Positions 1-9,159 of a DNA stretch of 64,000 nt are shown here, one piece after another (the stretch's first letter is position 1; every line of letters starts with the position of its first letter). Position numbers and translations under genes: made by a program. Where the stretch lies: positions 6,983 through 70,982 of the forward strand of contig JAUCBT010000006.1 of assembly GCA_034676685.1 (NCBI GenBank), written 5' to 3'. The notes under the pieces were generated by a model. The model had not been told where the DNA came from and searched no databases. It saw only the letters and a program-made list of their open reading frames with translations. The DNA is from Xanthobacter sp. (GTDB lineage Bacteria; Pseudomonadota; Alphaproteobacteria; Rhizobiales; Xanthobacteraceae).

Positions 1-820
1 CCACATCCGCGTCCGTTCCATTGAGCAGGAAAACCGTTTCACCGGATATGGCCGCCGAGAGATTTTCCCGGGAGATGAATTCGAAATCCGAACGGCGCGT
101 GACCTGTGACATCAGGTTTTGGGGCAAGCCGGCCACCTCGAAGCCAAGCGACGACAGAAGCTGCGCATGCGGGCTTTCCGGCCGGGCGATGGAATAGCTG
201 CCCCCCAGATTGTAGCCGACAATACTCACCGGCGCCTGGGGTGCCTTGAGCGTGTTGGCAACCTGCGCGGCATAATCATTGAAGCGTTTGATCGCATCAG
301 CCGCACCGGCTTCCAGCCCCGTGGCTTCGCCCAGCTTGGTCGCGATCTCCTGCCATCGCTGGTTGGAGTAGTTGACCACCAATGTCGGAATCCCCTGCGC
401 CTCAAGTTCCGCATAATGCTGAACGGCGCTGTCCGCACCCGTGGCCGAAACCACCAGCAAATCCGGGTTTGCACCGATCACGGCTTCGGGGTCGAACCGC
501 AGATTGCTGTAAAGGATGCCAACGCCCTGCTCATCGGCAATATCCGCCCACTGGGAGAAAAATCCCTTTTTATCCGTCAGGTTGGACGGGGAGGTCGCGG
601 CACTGGAGACGAGCGGCGCACCGATGGCCAGCAGAATGCCGGTGACACTCGGCGTGGTCGAGACAACCCGCTGCGGCGGCTTTTCCAGCACCAGCGCGCC
701 CGCCTCATGCGTGACGGTGCGCGGCCAATCGGCAGATTGCGCGTGTACAGCCTGAACGCCGGCCAGAAAAACCACGCCCATAAGCGCCAGTGCGGCTGGG
801 TATTTTGCAAAATTCATCAT
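1..820 (-). CDS. Fe(3+)-siderophore ABC transporter periplasmic binding protein (FhuD/FepB-like); 3' end runs off the window
   Basis: Absent from the ORF track because it is truncated by the window edge. My translation from ATG 820 reads MMNFAKYPAALALMGVVFLAGVQAVHAQSADWPRTVTHEAGALVLEKPPQRVVSTTPSVTGILLAIGAP..., a signal peptide followed by the usual N-lobe pattern of siderophore binding proteins. It lies directly downstream of the SIP reductase gene. Confidence 0.7.
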   Translation of the reverse strand, partial: MMNFAKYPAALALMGVVFLAGVQAVHAQSADWPRTVTHEAGALVLEKPPQRVVSTTPSVTGILLAIGAPLVSSAATSPSNLTDKKGFFSQWADIADEQGVGILYSNLRFDPEAVIGANPDLLVVSATGADSAVQHYAELEAQGIPTLVVNYSNQRWQEIATKLGEATGLEAGAADAIKRFNDYAAQVANTLKAPQAPVSIVGYNLGGSYSIARPESPHAQLLSSLGFEVAGLPQNLMSQVTRRSDFEFISRENLSAAISGETVFLLNGTDADV

Positions 821-887
821 CGGGTCTTTTCAGGTCATGCCGGCGCTCAGGTACGATGGCGCATATGGCCAACGCATCCCGGCATTC

Positions 888-1754
888 TCAGACGGGCAGA
901 TCAAGGTCTTCAAACCGCTCCAGCTTTTCCCCGCGCGCACGCAGATCCGTATAATGGCCGAGCCGTACCCGATCGATCTGTGAACTGCTGACACCCGCCC
1001 TCCAGTATCCGAAGACGCGCACCTCTTCCCGGCTCAGGCCATGATCCTCCGTGAAGTATTTGCGGATGGCGCGTGCTGTGCCCCGCTCTCCCGCCGCCCA
1101 CACAGTCCACACCTTCGGGTCAGGCAAAGACAGGGCGGCATCAACAAGATATGTGGTTTCGCCCGGATGTTCATCGCTCCGGCGCAAGAGCAGGTGCTTC
1201 TGTACGCCGGGCACATCTGGCAATTCATCAAAGGCCGCACGGTTTGCTGTCTCGATATAGACAACACCCTGCGCCGGAGCCTGCCAGTGCTGCAATATGG
1301 CATAGACAGCGGGGATCGCCGTCTCATCCGCGAAAAGCGCAACCTTGCGGCCACACGCGAAGTCCGGCACGAAATGCGGGCGCGGGCCGACAAGCATGGT
1401 TGCCTGCCCCACATGCGCACCCGCCAACCAGCGCATGGCGGGGCTGTCGTCGGGGTGCATGACGAAGTCGAGTTCAATCAGACTGCGGGCAGCATCAAAG
1501 CTGCGCACGGTGTAAATCCGAGAGACCGGCCGTTGCCCCTCAGGCGATTCCACCTCAAGACGCACGGCCACATTGGGACGCTGCCAGATCTCCGGGCTTG
1601 AAGGCGAGATGCTGGCCGTCACGCGCGTGACGGATTGAAATGGCCGGACAATATCCGTCACCACCAATTCAATGCGTTCCATACCGCCCATATGATCGTC
1701 CTGCGCGAGCAGACCCTGACGATCCTCGACGCTTTCATCGCGCGGATTACCCAT
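888..1754 (-). CDS. Siderophore-interacting protein / ferric-siderophore reductase (ViuB/SIP family, FAD-binding)
   Basis: ORF 888..1931 carries SIP-like segments (RIYTVRSF, HPDDSPAMRWL, FADETAIPAVYAIL, FGYWRAG). I moved the start to ATG 1754, which has GGAGGA about 10 nt upstream. ATG 1691 is an alternative. Confidence 0.8.
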   Translation of the reverse strand: MGNPRDESVEDRQGLLAQDDHMGGMERIELVVTDIVRPFQSVTRVTASISPSSPEIWQRPNVAVRLEVESPEGQRPVSRIYTVRSFDAARSLIELDFVMHPDDSPAMRWLAGAHVGQATMLVGPRPHFVPDFACGRKVALFADETAIPAVYAILQHWQAPAQGVVYIETANRAAFDELPDVPGVQKHLLLRRSDEHPGETTYLVDAALSLPDPKVWTVWAAGERGTARAIRKYFTEDHGLSREEVRVFGYWRAGVSSSQIDRVRLGHYTDLRARGEKLERFEDLDLPV

Positions 1755-2290
1755 GAGACTCAAATCCTCCGGAAACGGCCAGACCATGCGTCCATCCAGG
1801 AACCGCACGTCCTCGCACCCTTCCGACACAGGGTGCAGGCATGCGCCCGCACACCCCCGGAAGGTGCTTTCTTCATCCCACATTACGAATTGCATTCCGC
1901 AATGCAATATGATTTGAGGGGAGAGCATCAAGGTTTGAGGAATTCAAACCTGCTCAATCTTGTGCCCCATCCCATGACGCCATTTCCGAACCAGATGGCG
2001 TTATGATCTCGACCATTGCGCATCTCATCAGAGACAACAGGTCCGAAGTGGATCGCATCCACATATCATGCACCTTCATTACAATGTGTCTAAATATGAT
2101 CACCCTCAACGTCGGCATAAATCAGACGCACCGCAGAGCGACATCATCAATTGAGATGATATCTTGACCTTTACCATGCAATACTAATCCTGCTTGCAGA
2201 TGCCCAAATCAGCATGGGACAGCCCTTCCCGCACCTTGTGGCAACCATCCGAACGCCCTCCTGCATATGTTGCAGCCGGAGAAAATACGC

Positions 2291-3100
2291 ATGAGCCATC
2301 GCCTGCGCGCTGAAGCCCTGACCCTGCGCTATGATGAGCGGACGATCTCCCAGAACCTCTCTGTTGCGGTCCACAATGGCGCGTTCACGGTCATTGTCGG
2401 ACCGAATGCCTGCGGCAAGTCCACCCTTCTGCGGGCGCTCTCGCGGCTTCTGCCGCCCGTCTCCGGACAGGTCGTTCTGGATGGTCGCAGCTTGAATACG
2501 CTGCCTGCAAAAGAGGTTGCGCGCCAGCTCAGCCTGCTGCCGCAAAGCTCGAATGCGCCGGACGGCATTACAGTGGCAGATCTGGTCGCGCGCGGCAGAT
2601 ATCCGCACCAGTCCTTCCTGCGGCAATGGTCAAAGGCGGACGAAAGCGCGGTCCACGCCGCCATGGAGGCCACCCGCATCACTGCGCTGGCTGAACGCAC
2701 TGTGGACGAACTTTCCGGCGGACAGCGCCAGCGGGTCTGGATCGCCATGGTGCTGGCGCAGGAGACCGGAATCCTGCTTCTGGATGAACCCACAACCTAT
2801 CTCGATATCGCCCACCAGATCGAACTTCTCGAGCTTCTGGCAGAGCTCAACCGGCAGGGGCGCACCATCATCGCGGTGCTGCATGATCTCAATCAGGCGT
2901 GCCGTTATGCTTCCCATCTCATCGCGATGCGGGAAGGGGCGATCATCGCCGAAGGTGAGCCGGAATCCATCATCAGTGCGGAGCTCATTGAAACTGTATT
3001 CGGCCTGCCCTGTGTCATCATTGCAGACCCGGTTTCCGGCACCCCGCTGGTGGTGCCGAAGGGTCGCACGGCCGGTGCACCCGCTTCTGCACATATCTGA
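2291..3100 (+). CDS. Iron-siderophore ABC transporter ATP-binding protein (FepC/FhuC/FecE-like)
   Basis: Walker A GPNACGKST, ABC signature LSGGQRQR, Walker B LLLDEPT, H-loop VLHDL. ATG 2291 is preceded by GGAGAA. Confidence 0.9.
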   Translation: MSHRLRAEALTLRYDERTISQNLSVAVHNGAFTVIVGPNACGKSTLLRALSRLLPPVSGQVVLDGRSLNTLPAKEVARQLSLLPQSSNAPDGITVADLVARGRYPHQSFLRQWSKADESAVHAAMEATRITALAERTVDELSGGQRQRVWIAMVLAQETGILLLDEPTTYLDIAHQIELLELLAELNRQGRTIIAVLHDLNQACRYASHLIAMREGAIIAEGEPESIISAELIETVFGLPCVIIADPVSGTPLVVPKGRTAGAPASAHI

Positions 3101-3127
3101 ACCAACCCCTTGCAGGATTTGGCGAAC

Positions 3128-4423
3128 ATGACCGTGAAACGGCAGCTTCATATCGGCCTCAGCCTCACCGAGACCTGGACGATCGGCAATCCGCCAGAAC
3201 CCCATGACAGTGAGCGCCAGACACGCGACCCGGCCGCTTTCTATATCGCGCTGTCACAGGCAGCAGAAAAGGCCTGCCTGGATTTCGTCTTCAAACCCGA
3301 TGTTCTGGCGATGCGGCGGGGCCTGTCCGGCACCTCAAAAGCCTATATCGGGCTGGATGTTACGATCATGCTGGCCGCAATTGCGCATGCGACCAAGATG
3401 ATCGGCCTTGTCACCACGGCCTCCACCACCTTCAACCCGCCTTATGTTGTGGCGCGCCAGCTCATGTCCCTCCACTGGCTGAGCAAGGGGCGGGCGGGCT
3501 GGAACATCGTGACCTCTATCGACGGCGCAGACAATTTCAGCGACGCGCCCATGCCCTCAACCGATATCCGCTACCAGAAGGCAGCCGAGTTCACGCAGGT
3601 GGTGCGTGAACTGTGGGCAAGCTATCCGCACGATGCGCTCAGCAGCCGCGCCACAAGCGCCGGGCCACAGCCCATCAATCATGCAGGCACATTCTTCAGC
3701 GTGAAAGGTCCGCTGAATGTGGCCGCGCATGCTGCCGGCGCGCCTCCTCTGTTTCAGGCCGGCGCATCCGACATCGGACGTGAATTTGCGGCCTCCGTGG
3801 CCGACGCCACATTCGCCTCCACCCCGGACATGGCCGCCGCCATCGAACTGCGCACGGACCTGCACGCGCGCGCGGAACGACTAGGACGCGATGCCGATGC
3901 GGTGCGTGTGTTGCCGGGGCTCTATTTCTTTCTGGCAGACACGCGTGAGGAGGCCCGGGAGTTACACCGTCGCGCCCATGCGCATCTGACCCCCGAGCAT
4001 CGCCATGCTGCGCTCGAAACCATTCTCGGGCTGGATATCACCCATTTGCAGCCGGGCAGCCGTGTGACGCCAGATCTGCTGCCCCCCCTCTCACAGCCGG
4101 TGCGCAGCCGCACCCATGCCGATCTGCTTCGGCGCTATATTGAGCTTCACCATCCAACAGTTGAAGAATTACTCGAGCAACCCGAAGTTGTCGGGTCGGG
4201 ACACTGGGTTTCAGTTGGTACAGTCGAGGATGTTCTGGCGGATATCATCGCATGGTTTGAAGCCGGCGCGATTGATGGTTTCATCGCATTGCCCGGAGGC
4301 TCATTGCGCTCGCTGGAGATTTTTCTCGAACAATTGGTCCCTGCACTGGCAGAACGCGGCCTGTTTCGCACGCACTATGAAGGTGAAACACTGCGCGCGC
4401 ATCTGGGGTTGGAGGTGCGCTGA
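3128..4423 (+). CDS. Luciferase-like FMNH2-dependent monooxygenase, NtaA/SnaA/DszA/EmoA class
   Basis: About 431 aa. The N-terminus KRQLHIGLSL...DPAAFYIALSQAAEKACLDFVFKPD and the length fit nitrilotriacetate/EDTA-monooxygenase component A type LLM proteins. ATG 3128 is preferred over TTG 3110. It lies 27 nt downstream of the ATPase gene. Confidence 0.75.
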   Translation: MTVKRQLHIGLSLTETWTIGNPPEPHDSERQTRDPAAFYIALSQAAEKACLDFVFKPDVLAMRRGLSGTSKAYIGLDVTIMLAAIAHATKMIGLVTTASTTFNPPYVVARQLMSLHWLSKGRAGWNIVTSIDGADNFSDAPMPSTDIRYQKAAEFTQVVRELWASYPHDALSSRATSAGPQPINHAGTFFSVKGPLNVAAHAAGAPPLFQAGASDIGREFAASVADATFASTPDMAAAIELRTDLHARAERLGRDADAVRVLPGLYFFLADTREEARELHRRAHAHLTPEHRHAALETILGLDITHLQPGSRVTPDLLPPLSQPVRSRTHADLLRRYIELHHPTVEELLEQPEVVGSGHWVSVGTVEDVLADIIAWFEAGAIDGFIALPGGSLRSLEIFLEQLVPALAERGLFRTHYEGETLRAHLGLEVR

Positions 4424-4458
4424 ACCTCTCCACCTGTGGCGTCACATGTATTGGAAAC

Positions 4459-4501
4459 AAAAAAGGCCGCCACGCGAATAGATCACGCGGCGGCCTTTTT
4501 G
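4459..4501. terminator. Bidirectional intrinsic terminator between the convergent monooxygenase and TonB-receptor genes
   Basis: aaaaaaGGCCGCCaCG...CGcGGCGGCCttttt: a GC-rich stem flanked by an A-run on one side and a T-run on the other. Confidence 0.6.
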
Positions 4502-4542
4502 CTCTTCAAGACAGAACCTTATGGCTTGTGCCGGACTTCAGA

Positions 4543-6639
4543 TCAGAAGGTGCCCCGCACACCTACGCCTAGCATGCGCGGTTCCACCATGCTGGCCTCA
4601 ATACCGCCAACAACACTGCGGTTCTGCTGGATATAGGTGGGTGCGCGCACGTCGAAGAGGTTTTTCACATATCCATAGATCTGGAAGCCATCATTGAAGT
4701 CATAGCTCGCCCGCACATCTGCAACGGTGTAGGGGTCGACCTCATATTCCGGCGTATTGGCGACATTCGAGAAATATCCCGCAAGATGGCGCACCTGACC
4801 GGAGACATTAAGTTTCTCGGTGATATCCCAACTGACGCCGACATTAAACATGACGCCCGGAGACTTGGGAAACGCATTGCCCTGCAATTCGATATTGCTG
4901 GAAATTTCCTGAATATCCGTATGCAGAAGACTTGCACCCGCATTCACCAGCAGGCTTTCAGAAATTCGGTAATCGACACTCAGTTCCGCGCCATAGGCCT
5001 TCGCCTTCTCGGCGTTGATGGTATAGGACTGCACCACACCGGTCGAGACAACGACCGGAATGTTGAACTGCATATCCTTGATATCCATCACGAATATGTT
5101 GCCGTTCAGGAACATCCTGTTCTCTATCAGGTTCGCACGCACGAACACTTCATAGTCCCAGAGCGTTTCTTCCTGGAAGGTCTGCCACTGGCCGGATGTC
5201 AGGTTAAGAGACACGCCGCCCGGATTGTACCCGCGCGAGGCCATGACGCCCACGGTCCATTCCGGCGTCAGCGCATAGGAAAGAGAAATCTTCGGCAACA
5301 GCGCATTAAAGGTTTCATCATAATCCACCGGCGTCCGGGTGAAGGTGGATGTGCCCAGGCGTTGCACGTGATCCTGCTGATAACGCAGCCCGCCGGTCAG
5401 GGTCCATTTGTCAGTCAGGCGGTAGCTGGCTTCACCGAAGATACCAAGATTGTCTTTCGTGTCATCGAACTTTGAGGTCCCACGCAGATAGAGTTTTTCA
5501 TCTGTCTTTGTATTCGCATAGTAAAGACCGGTCACACCCGTCAGCGTATCACCCTGATTTCCGAACAGAACACGTGTTTCATTCGAGACATTCTGCTGTT
5601 CAATATCCGCGCTGCCATTGGTGCGTACTGGCGCGGTGCGGCGCACGGATGAGTCCGAGAACTGGGTCTGGTTCAAAACCTGATATCCATTCTGGAAATC
5701 ATATTTGAGGTCCAGAATACCCGTATTGGTATCCTGCGCCCAAGTGGGCATGGTGGCCGTATTGCTTTGCAGTTTGTCGAACGGCGCTGTCGCGGCCTCC
5801 TGGCTCGGCCGGTTAGTCGAGTTGTGCGAATAGGTGAGCTTGGCCTCAAAACCGGGAAGCGCCGATGGCACCCAGAGCAGCTTCGCGCGACCGGTCAGTG
5901 CCTTGAAGTTCAGGTCTGTGGCGCCACTCTGGAACTGCGGATTGACATAATCAATAAAGGTGTCGCGACCGGAGTAATCCAGCGCCACGCGCGCTGCGAG
6001 TTCGTCTTTCACGATTGGACCAGAGAAAGCCAGCGAAACGCGCCGGCTGGCATAGCTGCCGATTTCCGCCTGATAAGCTCCCTCCGGTGTGAAGGTCGGG
6101 TCCTTGGTATTGACGATGATCGCGCCGGCAATGGCGTTCGCGCCCTGAGATGTGGTCTGCGGGCCGCGGAACACCTCCACAGTCTGCACATCCCAGCTTG
6201 AGGTCGCTCCAAAGTAGAATTCATTGTAATTGAGGTAATGTCCATCCAGATTGATGGTGGCACGCGGCACTGTTCCCGCGAAAAACGCCCCAGCACCCGT
6301 ATTCGGGCCTTGTGAGTCCATACCTCGGATAACAGGCGCACTCACTGTATCGGGATACACCACGTTCGGAGTGCCGTTCACGACCTGCGAGATCGAGGTG
6401 TCACCCGTCAGGCGTCGCTGAATCTCCTGGCCCGTGATAACCACCACAGAAGATGCTGTATCCTTCAGATCACGCTCAATATTTTCCCCTGTTACGGTGA
6501 CCGCCTCAAGTATGATCGTCCCCTCACGGCCGGCAATGGCGGCATCTTCCTGAGCAAAGCCCGATGATGCTCCCATAGCGCACAGGATGGCGAACGTGCT
6601 GACACCACGCATCAGCGGCGCGGCAAATTTCAACGACAT
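4543..6639 (-). CDS. TonB-dependent siderophore receptor
   Basis: Signal peptide, plug motifs (LEAVTVTG, VEVFRGPQTTSQGANAIAGAI), barrel-sized length of 698 aa, and a terminal aromatic residue (...GVGVRGTF). Confidence 0.9.
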   Translation of the reverse strand: MSLKFAAPLMRGVSTFAILCAMGASSGFAQEDAAIAGREGTIILEAVTVTGENIERDLKDTASSVVVITGQEIQRRLTGDTSISQVVNGTPNVVYPDTVSAPVIRGMDSQGPNTGAGAFFAGTVPRATINLDGHYLNYNEFYFGATSSWDVQTVEVFRGPQTTSQGANAIAGAIIVNTKDPTFTPEGAYQAEIGSYASRRVSLAFSGPIVKDELAARVALDYSGRDTFIDYVNPQFQSGATDLNFKALTGRAKLLWVPSALPGFEAKLTYSHNSTNRPSQEAATAPFDKLQSNTATMPTWAQDTNTGILDLKYDFQNGYQVLNQTQFSDSSVRRTAPVRTNGSADIEQQNVSNETRVLFGNQGDTLTGVTGLYYANTKTDEKLYLRGTSKFDDTKDNLGIFGEASYRLTDKWTLTGGLRYQQDHVQRLGTSTFTRTPVDYDETFNALLPKISLSYALTPEWTVGVMASRGYNPGGVSLNLTSGQWQTFQEETLWDYEVFVRANLIENRMFLNGNIFVMDIKDMQFNIPVVVSTGVVQSYTINAEKAKAYGAELSVDYRISESLLVNAGASLLHTDIQEISSNIELQGNAFPKSPGVMFNVGVSWDITEKLNVSGQVRHLAGYFSNVANTPEYEVDPYTVADVRASYDFNDGFQIYGYVKNLFDVRAPTYIQQNRSVVGGIEASMVEPRMLGVGVRGTF

Positions 6640-6694
6640 GAGAGGCCCCGTCTATCCGGAAAAGGATCGCTGGCTGGGAGCACGGCCTTAGCTT

Positions 6695-6713
6695 GCGAAT
6701 GATTATTAATTCT
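6695..6713. promoter_or_regulatory. Fur-box-like AT-rich element upstream of the TonB receptor gene
   Basis: GCGAATGATTATTAATTCT matches about 11 of 19 positions of GATAATGATAATCATTATC. It lies about 56-74 nt upstream of the receptor ATG (6639). Confidence 0.35.
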
Positions 6714-7016
6714 GCATTGCATGACGCATTCTGCATGTCAACATGATGCGCCGCGCACGGAACCGACGGATCTCCCGGCGTGTTTGATCGGCCACACCAA
6801 TGCTGCACATCCCATATGTGCAAGATGAAAAGGATGCGCCGGGTGCGGGCAGACAGATTGATCTCACCGTCGTGCCACCTTAGCTTGTGTCCAACATATC
6901 GCCCGGCGTGGCCAGCGATATGCACGCCTCTCCCTCCGGTCTTTCTCGGGCATGATCAGAACAATGAAAACATGTGCTCCTTCCCGCCATAGCCTGTCTG
7001 GCCCGGAGATGCGGCC

Positions 7017-7790
7017 ATGATCGAGATTGAGATTGAAGACGAGAAAACCGCCAGCAAGCGCTCCTCCACGGTCCAGTCTGTCTCCATTGCGGCCCGCTTT
7101 CTGGAGATTCTGGCACGCTCTGAAGGTCCGATGGCATTGGGTGAGATTGCCCGGCGCGCCAAAACCGGCACCTCCACCGCGCACCGTTACATGCAGAGCC
7201 TGGTACGCGAGCGTCTGGTGGCGCAGGATGACATCACGGGCCATTATGATCTTGGCCCGTCTGCGCTCAGCATCGGCATCTGCGCATTGCGACGCATCAA
7301 CCCTGTTGAAGTTGCCGCGCGAGCGATGAAGTCTCTCTCCATGCGCATTGCATCCAGCTGCGGTGTGGCGATCTGGACCGAACGTGGGCCGACTGTCGTG
7401 CACTGGTATCGCAACTCCGCCTTTTCGCTCAGCACGGTCTCGCTGGGTGATGCGCTGCCGGTGAACAACAGCGCCTGCGGGCTGGTTTTTCAGGCCTATC
7501 TGGATAAGGATGAAATTGATGCCGTCTATAAGCGGCAACCGGCGGCCTTCCGTGGCCCAGCCCCCAAAGCCGGCATACGCGATGCCATTCGTGAGGCAGG
7601 GGGCGCGGAACTGAACGAACACCTGTTCTCGATGCTCACGGGCAAAGCCGCACCTGTCTTCAATGCGCAGAATGAAATCGCCTGCGTCGTCACCACCGTG
7701 TCTTTTGTCAAAACGGCGGAGGCTGATGGGCATCGCGAAGCCCTGTTTGAAGCCGCACGGCAGGCCACGCACGATTCAGGCGGAACATGA
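7017..7790 (+). CDS. IclR-family transcriptional regulator
   Basis: N-terminal wHTH (VQSVSIAARFLEILARSEGPMALGEIARRAKTGTSTAHRYMQSL) plus an effector domain of typical IclR length. Confidence 0.85.
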   Translation: MIEIEIEDEKTASKRSSTVQSVSIAARFLEILARSEGPMALGEIARRAKTGTSTAHRYMQSLVRERLVAQDDITGHYDLGPSALSIGICALRRINPVEVAARAMKSLSMRIASSCGVAIWTERGPTVVHWYRNSAFSLSTVSLGDALPVNNSACGLVFQAYLDKDEIDAVYKRQPAAFRGPAPKAGIRDAIREAGGAELNEHLFSMLTGKAAPVFNAQNEIACVVTTVSFVKTAEADGHREALFEAARQATHDSGGT

Positions 7791-7871
7791 CAGGCCTTTT
7801 CATGGCAGGGTCTGCCCCACTTAGAGCGTCTGGGGCTCCTGTACCGCGGTTCATGTGAGAAAGAGCAGAAC

Positions 7872-7897
7872 TGATCCACCACAATGCGGCACCCGTA
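7872..7897 (+). promoter_or_regulatory. ECF sigma-E (RpoE/ChrR group) type promoter, TGATCC-N16-CGTA, upstream of the DUF2177 gene
   Basis: TGATCC at 7872-7877, an exact 16-nt spacer, and CGTA at 7894-7897. It lies 38 nt upstream of ATG 7935. The architecture is the same as the two motifs at 11376-11439. Confidence 0.55.
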
Positions 7898-7934
7898 AAA
7901 GCATGAAGCGCAACTGCCGTTCGGGGCCAAGCTC

Positions 7935-8339
7935 ATGTCGTATGCCATCAGTTACATAGCAACAGGCCTCACCTTTCTGGCCATGGATGCAATCTGGCTC
8001 ACTCTCATGTCCGGGCGGTTCTACAAGCCGTTGCTTGGGGGCATGATGGCGGACAAGGTCAATTTCGTTCCCGCAGTCCTGTTCTACCTGCTTTATGTGC
8101 TGGGCATCGTAGTCTTTGCGGTTCTGCCGGCCCTGACCTCGGGGGTCTGGACAACAGCACTCGCATTTGGCGCGCTGTTTGGGCTCATCGCCTATTCGAC
8201 ATATGATCTCACCAACCATGCCACTCTGCGCAACTGGCCGGCTCTGGTTTCAGTCGTGGACATTGCATGGGGCACGTTTCTCACAGCGGTTTCCGCGACT
8301 GCTGGCCTGCTCATCACGCAGGCTGTGGCCGGCACCTGA
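7935..8339 (+). CDS. DUF2177-family small integral membrane protein
   Basis: 134 aa with four hydrophobic segments. It resembles the small membrane proteins I recall from sigma-E/cfa clusters. It has its own sigma-E-type motif. Confidence 0.65.
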   Translation: MSYAISYIATGLTFLAMDAIWLTLMSGRFYKPLLGGMMADKVNFVPAVLFYLLYVLGIVVFAVLPALTSGVWTTALAFGALFGLIAYSTYDLTNHATLRNWPALVSVVDIAWGTFLTAVSATAGLLITQAVAGT

Positions 8340-8351
8340 ACCCCGCGCAAC

Positions 8352-9159
8352 TCAGGCTCGGGGTGGCCCGGGCCAGAATGCATTCACCCGCTTCTGATAA
8401 GACTGGAACGCCGCCCCGCGCGTGCGCAACATATGCGCCTCTGTCGGTGGAATTCCGGAGGCATGGACAAGCACAACATACATCAGCACCGGAGCTGCAA
8501 AGGCAGCCACACCCCACGCATAGTGCCCCGTAAGATCGAATGCGATGACAGGATAAGCGACCCACCCCAGCCATTCGAAAAAATAATTCGGGTGCCGGCT
8601 CATACCCCACAGGCCCTGATCGCAAATACGGCCGCGATTGGACGCATCGGCCCGAAAGCGGGCAAGTTGACGGTCTGCAACACCTGCCCCGAGCACGGCA
8701 GCAAAGAACAGCATCACCCCCACCAGATCCCACACCCTCCAGCCTTGTTCCGGCTGATGCGCGGCGCAAGCGACGGCAACCACCAGCACAAAACCGGCCA
8801 ACGCCTGAGCCTGCAAGAACTGGAACAGACGACGCGGCGCATCTTTTCCCCATTGCCGGCGCAAATCGGCATAGCGCTCATCATCATGGCCGGCCCATGT
8901 GCGCCGCAAAATATGTCCGCCAAGGCGCAACGACCAGATCGCGACCAGCCCGGCCACGAACAGTTGGCGCGGCAACCAGGAATCTGGACTTAAGGGCGCA
9001 AGCGCACCAACAACTGCGGCTGCGCCGGTTGAAAACGACCAGATCGTATCCACCCAACCATGGTTGCCGCTGCGCTTGGGCCACCCACCACGCCATCGCC
9101 ATCGCCATCGCAAGGCTGAGCCCGGCGGCAATTCCGGCCAAAGCGACAAGCACATTCAT
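8352..9159 (-). pseudogene. DUF1295 (steroid 5-alpha-reductase-like) membrane protein with an apparent +1 frameshift near 9078
   Basis: The frame starting at 9159 gives a TM-like N-terminus, MNVLVALAGIAAGLSLAMAMAMAWWVA. From 9077 downward the other frame gives KRSGNHGWVDTIWSF... through the conserved GLWGMSRHPNYFFEWLGW region. One extra C in a CCC run (plus strand GGG 9078-9080) separates the two frames. Confidence 0.55.

Noticed and set aside
119-991. 290-aa plus-strand ORF
   Set aside because: It lies antisense to the clearly family-like siderophore binding protein gene. Its Arg/Gly/Pro-rich, low-complexity translation is typical of shadow ORFs in GC-rich DNA.
2130-2195. Fur box and sigma-70 promoter upstream of the FepC-like ATPase gene (TCAATTGAGATGATATCTTGACC...TAATCC)
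   Set aside because: The match to the Fur consensus is poor, and the TTGACC/-10 spacing (12-15 nt) is not convincing. It is too weak to list as a feature.
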